IMG/VR virus record: IMGVR_UViG_3300027749_000039
Span: 64,001-128,000 of that record
Source of the DNA: a virus
DNA: 64,000 bases
Strand: one strand, 5' to 3'
Shown: piece after piece, positions 18,401-27,815 of the stretch
Layout: each line of letters starts with the position of its first letter
Numbering within the stretch: the first letter of the stretch is position 1
Made by a program: the position numbers and the translations under genes
Notes under the pieces: generated by a model
Database searches by the model: none
Seen by the model: the letters and a program-made list of their open reading frames with translations, nothing else
What the model was told of the DNA's origin: nothing

Positions 18401-19138
18401 TTAAATTGTATATAAAATTGTTGGTGAATCTTTTTTTATCTCAACATCATTGAAGATAGGTACTTTTTTTATTATCTGCCTTTCTTTTTTATTACCATAT
18501 TTATCATGTTCTATTATAGTTTCAGTAATAGTTTTGGTTAATAAATCTGGATTAAAACCAGTTGTTATAAAATGAAAACCATTTTTAGTGGGTAAAGTTA
18601 GTAATATAGTTGTAATACTTGCTAAATGATTTTTTACATCATTAAAGATAGTTTTATCATCTACATCAATAACCCACTTTTTCACAGGATCAGAAGCAAA
18701 TTGACCACATGCTGATAGATGTGAATAACGACATAAACTATAATCATTATTAGATATGGCATCAGTTATTACTTTAATTGCTTCTAATGATTTTGCTGGT
18801 TCATCAGTTGCTTGTATTTCAAACTTAGGACGATAGCTACCAGATAAAATCTCTTCGATAGCAATACGAATAGTTTGTAAAGCTATTTTAGTTTCATTCC
18901 TTTTATTGATTCTAATGTAGGCTCTGGCGTTATTTTCGTGGCAAAGTGTAATTATTTCTGCTTTGAATGTATCAAAGTCGTTTATAGAATAAAAAAAGAA
19001 GTTTTTTATTACAGAAACATCTTTTTTTAAGTCGGGATTTTCCTTGCGTCTGCGAAGAATTTGTATGAAATAAAAATCACCTTTATTTAAGGTGTTTTTA
19101 CTAACAAAATCTTTGATTATATCAAAATTATCAGTCAT
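18401..19138 (-). CDS. conserved phage protein, possible AEP/prim-pol fold
   Basis: WVIDVDD and PTKNGFH resemble AEP motifs I and II; start at 19138 downstream of a promoter. Confidence 0.45.
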   Translation of the reverse strand: MTDNFDIIKDFVSKNTLNKGDFYFIQILRRRKENPDLKKDVSVIKNFFFYSINDFDTFKAEIITLCHENNARAYIRINKRNETKIALQTIRIAIEEILSGSYRPKFEIQATDEPAKSLEAIKVITDAISNNDYSLCRYSHLSACGQFASDPVKKWVIDVDDKTIFNDVKNHLASITTILLTLPTKNGFHFITTGFNPDLLTKTITETIIEHDKYGNKKERQIIKKVPIFNDVEIKKDSPTILYTI

Positions 19139-19184
19139 ATTTCTTAGTTTAAGCAAAGATAAGAAATTATTTTGAAATTACAAA
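19099..19184. repeat. 86-bp direct repeat copy 1 (promoter plus first 13 codons of 18401..19138)
   Basis: Identical to 21192..21277 except one base (19177 a vs 21270 t). Confidence 0.95.
19154..19184 (-). promoter_or_regulatory. Bacteroidota-type promoter (TTTG-N19-TATCTTTG)
   Basis: caaagata 19154-19161, caaa 19181-19184. Confidence 0.8.
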
Positions 19185-19191
19185 TTTTTAC

Positions 19192-21057
19192 TTAATAGTC
19201 ATAACCCTTACTTATTGCTAATTCAATTACCTCTGGATATGGTCTACTAATACTATCAATCGCTTCTGGATTTTGATTCACCGCAGCTAATTGTATTTTT
19301 TTACTAGGTTCATAAATATAACTAATTAACTCACCGTCTTTACTAACAGCCGCTAATTCAACTTCTTCATCCGGCGTTACATCAAGTTTACTATTATAAT
19401 CAGAACTGTAAAATAATTCAATTACTGATGGATCTTTATTAACAGCCGCTAATTGAACTTCTTTATCCGGACTTTTAATAAATTTAATAGAATTAGGAGT
19501 TTTATTAACCGCAGCTAATTGTAATCTCTTATCCGGATCTTCACCTCCTTTAAGAAAAAAACGAATATATCTACCATCTTGCTGAACAAAATTTAATTGT
19601 AAATAAAATGGCAAACTTAAATAATCCTTACTCTTTTTTAACTTATCATAAATATCCGCTATTTCTAATGCCTTCTCACAAGGATTTTTAATAAATTCTA
19701 TCGGATTAAGAACATATTGAACAAGTTCATAAAAACTTACATTCTTCATAGCCATTATTTGCATATCTTCAGTAGGATTTTCAATATATTTTATGACATT
19801 ACCATTTTGTTTTATAGCCGCTAATTGAATATCTTCTGTAGGATTATTAATATATTGAATAAGTTTCCCATCAGTATTAACAACAGATAAAAGTATATCC
19901 TTAGGTATATTATTCGTATCGCCAAAATAAGCCTGTATATAATACGGATCTCTTTTAATAGACATTAAAATTTTCCTTAAATAAGTAGTTTTCTCACTAT
20001 CTAATAACTTATTAAAGTTATACTTAGTAATAGGAAGACCCGTATCCACATAATTCGTTATCACATCATTATTCAATTTACGATTTTCTAATAACCAATC
20101 AAATTGCTCATTTGTTAATCCATGTCCTCTACCTACATATCTAATCTTATAATCAATAGATAACTCCTTAAACCACTCTAAACTATCATTCTTCTTAGCT
20201 AATATTTTTTCATCCTCAATCTCCTGCTCCGTTTTTGGCTTATGCACTAATAAAGTATCAACAGGAACACCCTTAGACTTTAAATACTTTTTATATCCTT
20301 CTACATTCGTTCCATATTCCGCAACATATCCTGTATTATTCGTAACATCAGTTAATTCAACACCATTCTCAGTATTATCATACACAACCATATGCAAAGG
20401 ATCTTCAAACGGACGATTCTTATCTACTATAAAATAAAATGTAGAAGTTTTTGTATCACGATATAATTGCCATCTATTTTTAGGTAAATAAAGTCCTATA
20501 CAAAACGGATAAGATTTACCAGTTAATGTACCCGGTTGAATATCTGCACCAGTATAACGAATACACTTATCAATTGAATTACCATCATATATGGATATAT
20601 TATTTCCTTCCCATATAGGCGATTCTTTTGTATTAAAATCAATAGTTCCTTTTTCACCTAACATTACTCTAGGCTTTTTTGAATCTAAATACTCATCCAT
20701 TTTTAAATAATCACCATACTTAAATACCTTATCATCTATCTTAACAGAATCCTTAGAATATGATAAAGGTTTAATATATCCCTTCTTAACACACTCAATA
20801 TATTTATTAAATAATTTGGCAATAGATATTTTAGGATTCTGTATTTTATCATTCCATAAAATAGCTATCGGTGCCATATTTTTTTCATTATTATCTAATA
20901 TATTAATAACCTTTTCATCGTCATTAATCCATTTAGATAATGATTTAATCTCATCTAATATAGAAGCATCTAACTGACGAGCCGCTAATATAGCCTTAGC
21001 TTCTGTTTCTGTTTTAATAGATTCAAATATATTCCAATACGTTTTTATATACTGCAT
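19192..21057 (-). CDS. protein with C-terminal helical repeats (DUF4116-like) and capsid-targeting-like N-terminus
   Basis: Repeats QLAAV.......I..I..P.; start MQYIKTYWNIFES with TATATA-N4-ATG. Confidence 0.6.
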   Translation of the reverse strand: MQYIKTYWNIFESIKTETEAKAILAARQLDASILDEIKSLSKWINDDEKVINILDNNEKNMAPIAILWNDKIQNPKISIAKLFNKYIECVKKGYIKPLSYSKDSVKIDDKVFKYGDYLKMDEYLDSKKPRVMLGEKGTIDFNTKESPIWEGNNISIYDGNSIDKCIRYTGADIQPGTLTGKSYPFCIGLYLPKNRWQLYRDTKTSTFYFIVDKNRPFEDPLHMVVYDNTENGVELTDVTNNTGYVAEYGTNVEGYKKYLKSKGVPVDTLLVHKPKTEQEIEDEKILAKKNDSLEWFKELSIDYKIRYVGRGHGLTNEQFDWLLENRKLNNDVITNYVDTGLPITKYNFNKLLDSEKTTYLRKILMSIKRDPYYIQAYFGDTNNIPKDILLSVVNTDGKLIQYINNPTEDIQLAAIKQNGNVIKYIENPTEDMQIMAMKNVSFYELVQYVLNPIEFIKNPCEKALEIADIYDKLKKSKDYLSLPFYLQLNFVQQDGRYIRFFLKGGEDPDKRLQLAAVNKTPNSIKFIKSPDKEVQLAAVNKDPSVIELFYSSDYNSKLDVTPDEEVELAAVSKDGELISYIYEPSKKIQLAAVNQNPEAIDSISRPYPEVIELAISKGYDY

Positions 21058-21071
21058 AATGTATATATAAA

Positions 21072-21231
21072 TTATTTGTTTAATTTTTGAAATTCATCGG
21101 GATAATTTATTTGCATCCATTCATACAAGTCTTTACCATAAAGCAATTTTTCTACAGATTGTTCTTCAAACGAAAACCAATCACCGGTTTCTACTAACAA
21201 AATCTTTGATTATATCAAAATTATCAGTCAT
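21072..21231 (-). pseudogene. out-of-frame fusion relic (duplicated gene start joined to an orphan 3' gene fragment)
   Basis: The duplicated ATG frame reads MTDNFDIIKDFVSRNR*. A different frame reads ...LLVETGDWFSFEEQSVEKLLYGKDLYEWMQINYPDEFQKLNK* with no start. Confidence 0.65.
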
Positions 21232-21277
21232 ATTTCTTAGTTTAAGCAAAGATAAGAAATTATTTTGAATTTACAAA
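21192..21277. repeat. 86-bp direct repeat copy 2 (contains promoter 21247..21277)
   Basis: Matches 19099..19184 at an offset of 2093 bp. Confidence 0.95.
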
Positions 21278-21279
21278 AA

Positions 21280-21984
21280 TTATTTAACATTAACAACCCA
21301 AATCATAGGATTAATTTTAGAAACAATATAATAAGCCATTCTTCTATTTCCACCTAAAATTATATATTTACCATTAATTACTAAAATACTACTGGCTTGT
21401 ATAGATTCTCCTTTTTCAATCTTTTCATCAAATTTATTCCAAGAATTTTTGTAGTAAAGATATAATTGTGCTTTTTGTAAAATATCTTTTAATTCAGGAT
21501 ATTTAGATATTAAACCTGTTTGGTAAATATTTGTTTCATTATTTTTCTTTAAAATTTGCATTACTTCGTCATACGCATTCTTTCTAGACTCTAAAAAATC
21601 TTTTTCTTTAAGAAATTCGTAAAAATCACCTCTTTCAACAGAATTAGAATCTGTTGCTATTTTTTGTATTTTTGATATATCAAATTTTTCTAACTTTCCA
21701 CTATTAAGTAATTCTTGGCATTTTTCAATAAATGGAATATATTTTTTATCAACTTTTTTCATTAATTCTTTAGTTGATAATTTGTCATCAAAAACAGGAT
21801 CTTCGTGTCTTTCAAATAATTCAGGTTCTTCTTTGAATAATTCTGAATCAAAACCTAATTGTTTTGCTACTTCTGGGAATTCTTTAAATATGCGCCAAAA
21901 TTCTTTTATTTCAAAAGCAGGTTTTACAAAATTAACTTTTGTATCTGTTGGTACAAATTCTTCATATATTTTTAGGTATTTCAT
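21280..21984 (-). CDS. hypothetical protein with capsid-targeting-like N-terminus (MKYLKIYEEF), ParB-like C-terminal motif
   Basis: TATATA-N4-ATG; ILGGNRRMAY resembles the ParB/Srx DG.HR motif. Confidence 0.5.
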   Translation of the reverse strand: MKYLKIYEEFVPTDTKVNFVKPAFEIKEFWRIFKEFPEVAKQLGFDSELFKEEPELFERHEDPVFDDKLSTKELMKKVDKKYIPFIEKCQELLNSGKLEKFDISKIQKIATDSNSVERGDFYEFLKEKDFLESRKNAYDEVMQILKKNNETNIYQTGLISKYPELKDILQKAQLYLYYKNSWNKFDEKIEKGESIQASSILVINGKYIILGGNRRMAYYIVSKINPMIWVVNVK

Positions 21985-22015
21985 AAACTATATATTATTA
22001 TGACATATAAATAAT

Positions 22016-24190
22016 ATGGAATTAAACTCAAAAATATATGTAGCTGGACATAATGGGCTTGTAGGCTCAGCAATTGTTAGAAAGCTTAAACAGTTAGGTT
22101 ATACTAATTTGATTTTTAAATCTTCAAAAGAATGTGATTTGAGAAATCAAAATGATGTATTGGAATTGTTTGAATTTGAAAAACCTGAATATATCTTTTT
22201 AGCAGCCGCTAAAGTTGGTGGTATTAAATCAAACTCTTTATATAAAGCTGATTTTATTTATGATAATTTGTTAATACAGACTAATATAATTTCAGCTTCT
22301 AATGGTGTTGGTGTTAAAAAACTTTTATTTTTGGGTAGTAGCTGTTTCCCATCTGGGAATATAGTAGCGATGAATAATTGTGAATTTAAGGATATATCAG
22401 ATGTAAATATAAATGATATTGTAATTGATAGTAGCGGTAATAAACAGTTAGTATCAGCAGTAAATAAGAAAAACATAGAAGAGGATATTCTTCTAATAAA
22501 ACCATTAGGAATGACAGTAATATCTGTTACAAAAGAACATCCATTTTTATTAAAAAATGGTGAATTTATTAATGCTGAAAAACTTATTATAGGTAATAAG
22601 TTAGTTATACCTATTTCTAAATATAAAATAGAAAATTATGTTTCAATAATAAATGATGAATTAGAGATATCAAAAAGAGAAGCATTTAATTACATAAAAA
22701 ATGGTGGAAAATTAACAGAAACTGTAAAAAAATTTAATTTATCCTATTCCACAATAAGTGGATACATTTATAATGATACAAAGCCTAAATCTATGCAAAT
22801 ACCAATTGGTTGTAATATACATGATGTAGCATGGCTTACAGGTGTGTTTTTAGCCGAGGGGTGGCTATCTGGTGTTAAAACAAATAAAAGGGGTGGGAAA
22901 CACATTGTTGCCTTCTCACCTGGGTGTAGTGAAAATTTCAAAAATAAAATAGTTCATAAAATAATTAGTGTTTTCAATATCAAACCTATCGTAACAAAAG
23001 AGAGAACTTCTTATAAAATTACTATAAATAATAAATTTATTTATTCATTTTTCGAAAAATGTTATATTAATTCTGTACACATGTCCTATACAAAGAAAAT
23101 ACCAGATTTTATTTTTAATTCAAATAAAGATTCTGTTATAGAAGTTATAAAGGGGTATTTTGAAGGTGATGGATGTAAACATATCAGAAAAAATAGAAAC
23201 AATCAATATACATGTGTTTCATCCAGTACCTCATATAATTTGACATATGGATTATTTCAGTTAATATCAAGATTAGGTATTTTTGCCAGTATTAACTTTG
23301 TGAAAAAGAAAAATGTAACAATTATTGAAGATAGAAAAGTAAATCAGAGAAATCAATATAGTTTAAGAATAAATGGTAATTGGGCTATAAAATTTTTAAA
23401 TATTGTTTTTGGTGAAAATTTATCCTTAAATAAGGAGATAAATAATGGTGTAGAGTTTGTAGAAGATTGTTTTTATGTTCCCATTACTAAAATAAGCACT
23501 ATAAATTATTCTGGTTATGTATATAATTTTACTGTCGAAGAAACAAATACATATTGTGTAAATAATATTGCAGTGCATAATTGTATTTACCCAAAAATGT
23601 GCCCTCAACCTATTAAAGAAGAATATTTACTTTCGGGATATTTAGAGGAGTCAAATGATGCCTACGCTATTGCAAAAATAGCTGGTATTAAAATGTGTCA
23701 AGCATTTAATCAACAATATAACACTAATTTTATTTCAGTTATGCCTACAAATATGTTTGGTATTGGTGACAATTACCATCCAGAGAATAGCCACGTAATT
23801 CCAGGTCTTATTAGAAGATTTCATGATGCAAAAGTTGCTAATCAAAAAGATGTTATTTGTTGGGGAGACGGAACACCAATGCGAGAGTTTTTATTTAATG
23901 AGGATTTAGCGGATGCATGTATATTTTTAATGAATAATTATAAATCATCTGATATAATAAATATAGGAACAGGTAAAGATATGACTATAAAAGAATTAAC
24001 TGAAATAATAAAGTCAGTAGTTTATCCAGGAGCTAATATAGTATTTAATAATGATGTTAATTTAAATGGAACTCCTAGAAAAGTATTAGATACTACAAAA
24101 ATAAACACCCTCGGATGGAGTCCGAAGGTGTCGTTTGAAGAAGGTGTGAAAATCGCTTATGAAGATTTTTTAAAATCCTTTATTTCTTAA
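22016..24190 (+). CDS. fcl: GDP-L-fucose synthase (GMER) interrupted by an intein
   Basis: IYVAGHNGLVGSA, AAAKVGGI, LLFLGSS|CIYPK, YAIAKIAG, MPTNMFG, WGDGTPMREFL. Exteins total 311 aa. Confidence 0.95.
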   Translation: MELNSKIYVAGHNGLVGSAIVRKLKQLGYTNLIFKSSKECDLRNQNDVLELFEFEKPEYIFLAAAKVGGIKSNSLYKADFIYDNLLIQTNIISASNGVGVKKLLFLGSSCFPSGNIVAMNNCEFKDISDVNINDIVIDSSGNKQLVSAVNKKNIEEDILLIKPLGMTVISVTKEHPFLLKNGEFINAEKLIIGNKLVIPISKYKIENYVSIINDELEISKREAFNYIKNGGKLTETVKKFNLSYSTISGYIYNDTKPKSMQIPIGCNIHDVAWLTGVFLAEGWLSGVKTNKRGGKHIVAFSPGCSENFKNKIVHKIISVFNIKPIVTKERTSYKITINNKFIYSFFEKCYINSVHMSYTKKIPDFIFNSNKDSVIEVIKGYFEGDGCKHIRKNRNNQYTCVSSSTSYNLTYGLFQLISRLGIFASINFVKKKNVTIIEDRKVNQRNQYSLRINGNWAIKFLNIVFGENLSLNKEINNGVEFVEDCFYVPITKISTINYSGYVYNFTVEETNTYCVNNIAVHNCIYPKMCPQPIKEEYLLSGYLEESNDAYAIAKIAGIKMCQAFNQQYNTNFISVMPTNMFGIGDNYHPENSHVIPGLIRRFHDAKVANQKDVICWGDGTPMREFLFNEDLADACIFLMNNYKSSDIINIGTGKDMTIKELTEIIKSVVYPGANIVFNNDVNLNGTPRKVLDTTKINTLGWSPKVSFEEGVKIAYEDFLKSFIS
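22343..23581 (+). mobile_element. 413-aa intein with LAGLIDADG homing endonuclease
   Basis: Begins CFPSG, block B VTKEHPF, LAGLIDADG-like WLTGVFLAEGW and IKGYFEGDG, ends VYNFTVEETNTYCVNNIAVHN before +1 Cys. Confidence 0.95.
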
Positions 24191-24394
24191 ATAAACTTGA
24201 TACATATAATAGGGCCATAATACGGTAAGTAATACTACTACTATATTTATCAATTCTTTATCAGTGAAATCATCTAATTCTTCACCACTTATTACTCGCA
24301 TTGAGTCTATCATCCGTGATATATCATTTGCCATTGATAAAGTGAACATAGAGCCTAATACCAGGTAGTAAAGTATAATTTGTATTAAAATCAT
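24170..24394 (-). CDS. small membrane protein
   Basis: Two hydrophobic segments, LWPYY. Confidence 0.55.
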   Translation of the reverse strand: MILIQIILYYLVLGSMFTLSMANDISRMIDSMRVISGEELDDFTDKELINIVVVLLTVLWPYYMYQVYLRNKGF

Positions 24395-25497
24395 ATTAAG
24401 CTTTTGTTAAAATGGTCTGTCCTTATTTTAGTTATGAAATCGGTAATCATTTCTTGATGTTCAAATTTATTTGGTAAATCTGAATTAATGAATATATCAT
24501 ACATTACTTTTAAATCATCTTCAGATTTATCCATTAAAGTTTGTAAGTCATATTTACCACGCCTGATATCTATCAGGTATTCTCTATTTGATCTAAATAT
24601 ATTGATAGTCTTGTCAGTAGGTATTTCCATAGCAGTTTCAATAATTCTTATATTATGAAGAATATTTTTACCATCTATTTGCTGACCATGTCCTTCTATA
24701 TCAACATATCTATCAGTATTTCTTTTTTCCAACCATTCCTGGTATTCTTTATAATACTTACAATGTTGAGAATAAGCATCTTTATGAAAGAATAATATGC
24801 CAATTGGTTTAGCATCTTTTTCTATTTCCGATAAACAAACATCATTAGCATCTTCACCAGAAGTTATACCACGATACATATAAGTAGTAGAATTAAACAA
24901 TAAATAACAATCTCTGAAATGATCTATTTTAGATAGACCACAATTCTCTAATACTAGATTATTTTGTATTAGAAATTGATTTAACTTGATTGCATTAGTT
25001 TCAAACATTTTTTCATCCTGTGAAGGAAAAGAATAAACAGAACACATATCTTCAACAGACTTTCTTTCTGTCCTATCTTTCTCCCAATTCATTTTCTTTT
25101 CTAAACCAGATGCCTTTCTTATTTGGTCTTTAGCATAATTCGCAAAACTATGACGTAGGTTTTTAGTTAAAAACAAATGTTTAAATTTTAGAATTTGCTT
25201 AAAAGTATCGGTTATGTGAACTATGCAATGTTCTGGTGCGTAAAGTAATTCTAATAAAGTTGGATTACCAGTAGAACAAGATAGTAAAAACTTTTCTAAT
25301 TCAAAGTATTTTTCATCTTTGTTTATTTCTAATTCATCTCTATAGCCATTCATATACTTATCATAAGGGTCTTGTATAAAGACACCTTTATAATCGACAT
25401 CCGAACCAGCCTGGGACTCTGTTTTTTCAATGTTAGTGCCATATGATTGGCTACCAACAATAGTTTTAAATAATATTGTATGTCCGTTAATTTTCAT
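24391..25497 (-). CDS. Pol-beta-like nucleotidyltransferase (RlaP/PF10127-like)
   Basis: IVGSQSYGT...SDVDYKGVF; FELEKFL...GNPTLLELL; REYLIDIRRGK. Confidence 0.8.
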   Translation of the reverse strand: MKINGHTILFKTIVGSQSYGTNIEKTESQAGSDVDYKGVFIQDPYDKYMNGYRDELEINKDEKYFELEKFLLSCSTGNPTLLELLYAPEHCIVHITDTFKQILKFKHLFLTKNLRHSFANYAKDQIRKASGLEKKMNWEKDRTERKSVEDMCSVYSFPSQDEKMFETNAIKLNQFLIQNNLVLENCGLSKIDHFRDCYLLFNSTTYMYRGITSGEDANDVCLSEIEKDAKPIGILFFHKDAYSQHCKYYKEYQEWLEKRNTDRYVDIEGHGQQIDGKNILHNIRIIETAMEIPTDKTINIFRSNREYLIDIRRGKYDLQTLMDKSEDDLKVMYDIFINSDLPNKFEHQEMITDFITKIRTDHFNKSLI

Positions 25498-25502
25498 TTC
25501 TT

Positions 25503-25706
25503 TTATATTGTTAGATTAACAAAATTTCTTGCGTTTGTAAACCGCTCATTCCAATTATATCCGGTAGCTGAATTAGTTTTCTTAACAGAAAAATCACCTA
25601 TTTTTTGGCAAGCTTGTTCAAATGAATTAGCATTAACTAATAATGTGCCAATTCCATTATATCCCAAATGTCGTGAATCGTGTTCGAATTCAATTAAAAA
25701 TTGCAT
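25503..25706 (-). CDS. hypothetical protein
   Basis: Start moved to MQFLIEF, downstream of the promoter at 25721-25751. Confidence 0.5.
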   Translation of the reverse strand: MQFLIEFEHDSRHLGYNGIGTLLVNANSFEQACQKIGDFSVKKTNSATGYNWNERFTNARNFVNLTI

Positions 25707-25720
25707 AATAAAATTTTTTA

Positions 25721-25751
25721 CAAAAATACGCATTTTTTATCAAAAAACAAA
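25721..25751 (-). promoter_or_regulatory. Bacteroidota-type promoter (TTTG-N19-TATTTTTG)
   Basis: caaaaata 25721-25728, caaa 25748-25751. Confidence 0.7.
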
Positions 25752-25785
25752 GAAAAGAAGCATAAATGTTTTTGATATATAAGTT

Positions 25786-26487
25786 ATGAAATATAATATA
25801 ATAGGTTTAGATCCTAGTTTAATCTCTACTGGTCTTGTAGTAAATGGAAAATTATTTAATTATTGTAGAGAAAAAGACGCTACAAATAAGAGTGGATTAA
25901 GTAAATGGTTTAAGTATGCAGAATCAGAATTAATATTAAGATATATTGATTATAGAGAATATGAAAATTACTCTGATGGTGAATTAATTAAATTAAAAGA
26001 TTATGATGCAATTACTACTTTAATAATTAAAGATATAGAAGAAAATATAGATAAAACTTTACCAACTAAAATTGGTATTGAAGGATATAGTTTTGGTTCA
26101 AACGTTGGTCCATTGATAGATTTAGTGACTTTTTCTACATTATTGAGGAAAAAGTTATTTGATTACATTAGTCAAGATATAACCGTATTTTCCCCTTCAT
26201 CATTAAAGGTAGAAGCTTGTAAATTAACTTATCCACCTATTAATGAGGGTAAGAAAAAAGAAAAGTGGGTTTATAAAAATAATGAGGGTGTATCTGCTGG
26301 TTCTTTTACAAAGCATGGTATGTTTTTAGCAATAGTGGAAAATAATGACTTAAATGATAATTGGAGTAAATTGTGTAAAAGTTTAAAAACTGATATAATG
26401 AGTGCTACTAAGGTTCCAAAGCCATTTGAAGACGTGGATGATGCCTGGCTTCTGTTTAATATCCTCAAAGGGAGTAGGGGATACTAA
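25786..26487 (+). CDS. RuvC-like Holliday junction resolvase (phage type)
   Basis: IIGLDPSLISTG, IGIEGYSFGS, PSSLK, EDVDDAW; TATATA-N4-ATG. Confidence 0.75.
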   Translation: MKYNIIGLDPSLISTGLVVNGKLFNYCREKDATNKSGLSKWFKYAESELILRYIDYREYENYSDGELIKLKDYDAITTLIIKDIEENIDKTLPTKIGIEGYSFGSNVGPLIDLVTFSTLLRKKLFDYISQDITVFSPSSLKVEACKLTYPPINEGKKKEKWVYKNNEGVSAGSFTKHGMFLAIVENNDLNDNWSKLCKSLKTDIMSATKVPKPFEDVDDAWLLFNILKGSRGY

Positions 26488-26521
26488 ACTTTTAATATAT
26501 AATTATATACAACAATAGTTT

Positions 26522-27583
26522 ATGATTAAAAATGAATTTATAAAAATAAAAGTATCGTCTGGGCTAAAACAGAATTATTCTGGATTAGGATATGATTTTA
26601 AACAAAAAGAAGTTGATTTTAAGATAAGTGATTTAAAAGAAGTTTCAAATCAAAGAGTAGATGTTATATGCGATTTATGTTCGGAAGAATATAATATTCA
26701 ATATTGTAAATATGTTAAAAATATTAAAAGAAATGGATTTTATTCATGTCAAGGATGTGCCTTAAAAAAGAGGACAGAAATGATGATTAATAATAATTTG
26801 TCTTTAAATCCTGATAGTCAAAAAAAGAAAAAGGAAACTTTCATCAAAAATTACGGTGTTGATAATCCGTCTAAAGCAGAAAAGATAAAAATTAAAAAGA
26901 AAGAAACTTGTTTAAAAAATTACGGTGCTGAGTCGGGATTGCAATTAAGACATAAAGTAAAACAGGGAATGTTGGATAAATATGGTGTAGAATATCCTCT
27001 TCAATCAGAAGTTATAAAGAGTAAAATGTATGAAGATTTGATTGTTAAGTATGGTGTTAGTAATGTTTCTAAACTTATAGATATAAAGAAGAAAAAAGAA
27101 GAAACATGTTTTAAAAATTATGGTGTGAATAGTCCAAGTCAAAATAAAGAAATATCGAAAAAACAAATTATTACATATAAAGAAAATTATTTAGAAAAAT
27201 ATGGCGTTGAACACCCAATGCAAAGAAAAGATATTTTTGAAAAAATGTTATTATCTGCTTATAAAATAGTTTATTATAATGAAGAATTATTTAGTCAAGG
27301 AACATATGAATTAGATTTTTTGAATTATTGTAAAGAAAAAAATATTATAGATTTAGTTTCAAATGGTCCTTCATTAGAATATGAATTAAATAGCAAAAAA
27401 CATGTATACCATGCAGATTTTTATATAGAAAAATATAATTTAATCATAGAGGTCAAATCTAATTATACATATAATGTTGATTTAGAGAAAAATTTAGCAA
27501 AAGAAAAATATTCAAAATTAAATGGTTATAACTTTTTATTCATAATAGATAAAAATTATGATACATTAAAAAATTATAACTAA
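26522..27583 (+). CDS. free-standing homing-endonuclease-like protein (K..YGV.NPS repeats plus PD-(D/E)xK domain)
   Basis: Zn-ribbon-like ICDLC...SCQGC; about six KETxxKxYGVxxPS repeats; YHADFYI...IIEVKS. Confidence 0.7.
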   Translation: MIKNEFIKIKVSSGLKQNYSGLGYDFKQKEVDFKISDLKEVSNQRVDVICDLCSEEYNIQYCKYVKNIKRNGFYSCQGCALKKRTEMMINNNLSLNPDSQKKKKETFIKNYGVDNPSKAEKIKIKKKETCLKNYGAESGLQLRHKVKQGMLDKYGVEYPLQSEVIKSKMYEDLIVKYGVSNVSKLIDIKKKKEETCFKNYGVNSPSQNKEISKKQIITYKENYLEKYGVEHPMQRKDIFEKMLLSAYKIVYYNEELFSQGTYELDFLNYCKEKNIIDLVSNGPSLEYELNSKKHVYHADFYIEKYNLIIEVKSNYTYNVDLEKNLAKEKYSKLNGYNFLFIIDKNYDTLKNYN

Positions 27584-27585
27584 TA

Positions 27586-27792
27586 ATGAAAAAAGGTGAT
27601 AAAGTAATTTGTATAAAAGATTATATTCGTATAACGAAAACGGGAATTATTTTAGACAATTTTAAGAAAAATTCTATATATGAAATAGCAGATATTCATG
27701 GTGATAGAATCTTTGTTTTTAAGGAAAATAATATAGATTTTAGGAGTTTTAAAAAAAGACCTAATTTTTCTAATTATTTTTCTAAAATATAA
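27586..27792 (+). CDS. small beta-rich hypothetical protein (KGD.VICIKD family)
   Basis: N-terminus resembles 30302..30562. Confidence 0.5.
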   Translation: MKKGDKVICIKDYIRITKTGIILDNFKKNSIYEIADIHGDRIFVFKENNIDFRSFKKRPNFSNYFSKI

Positions 27793-27815
27793 TATATAAT
27801 AAAAATAATAAAATT

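Noticed and set aside
22006-22013. Exact T4 late promoter TATAAATA before fcl
   Set aside because: A single instance in very AT-rich DNA; not distinguishable from chance.
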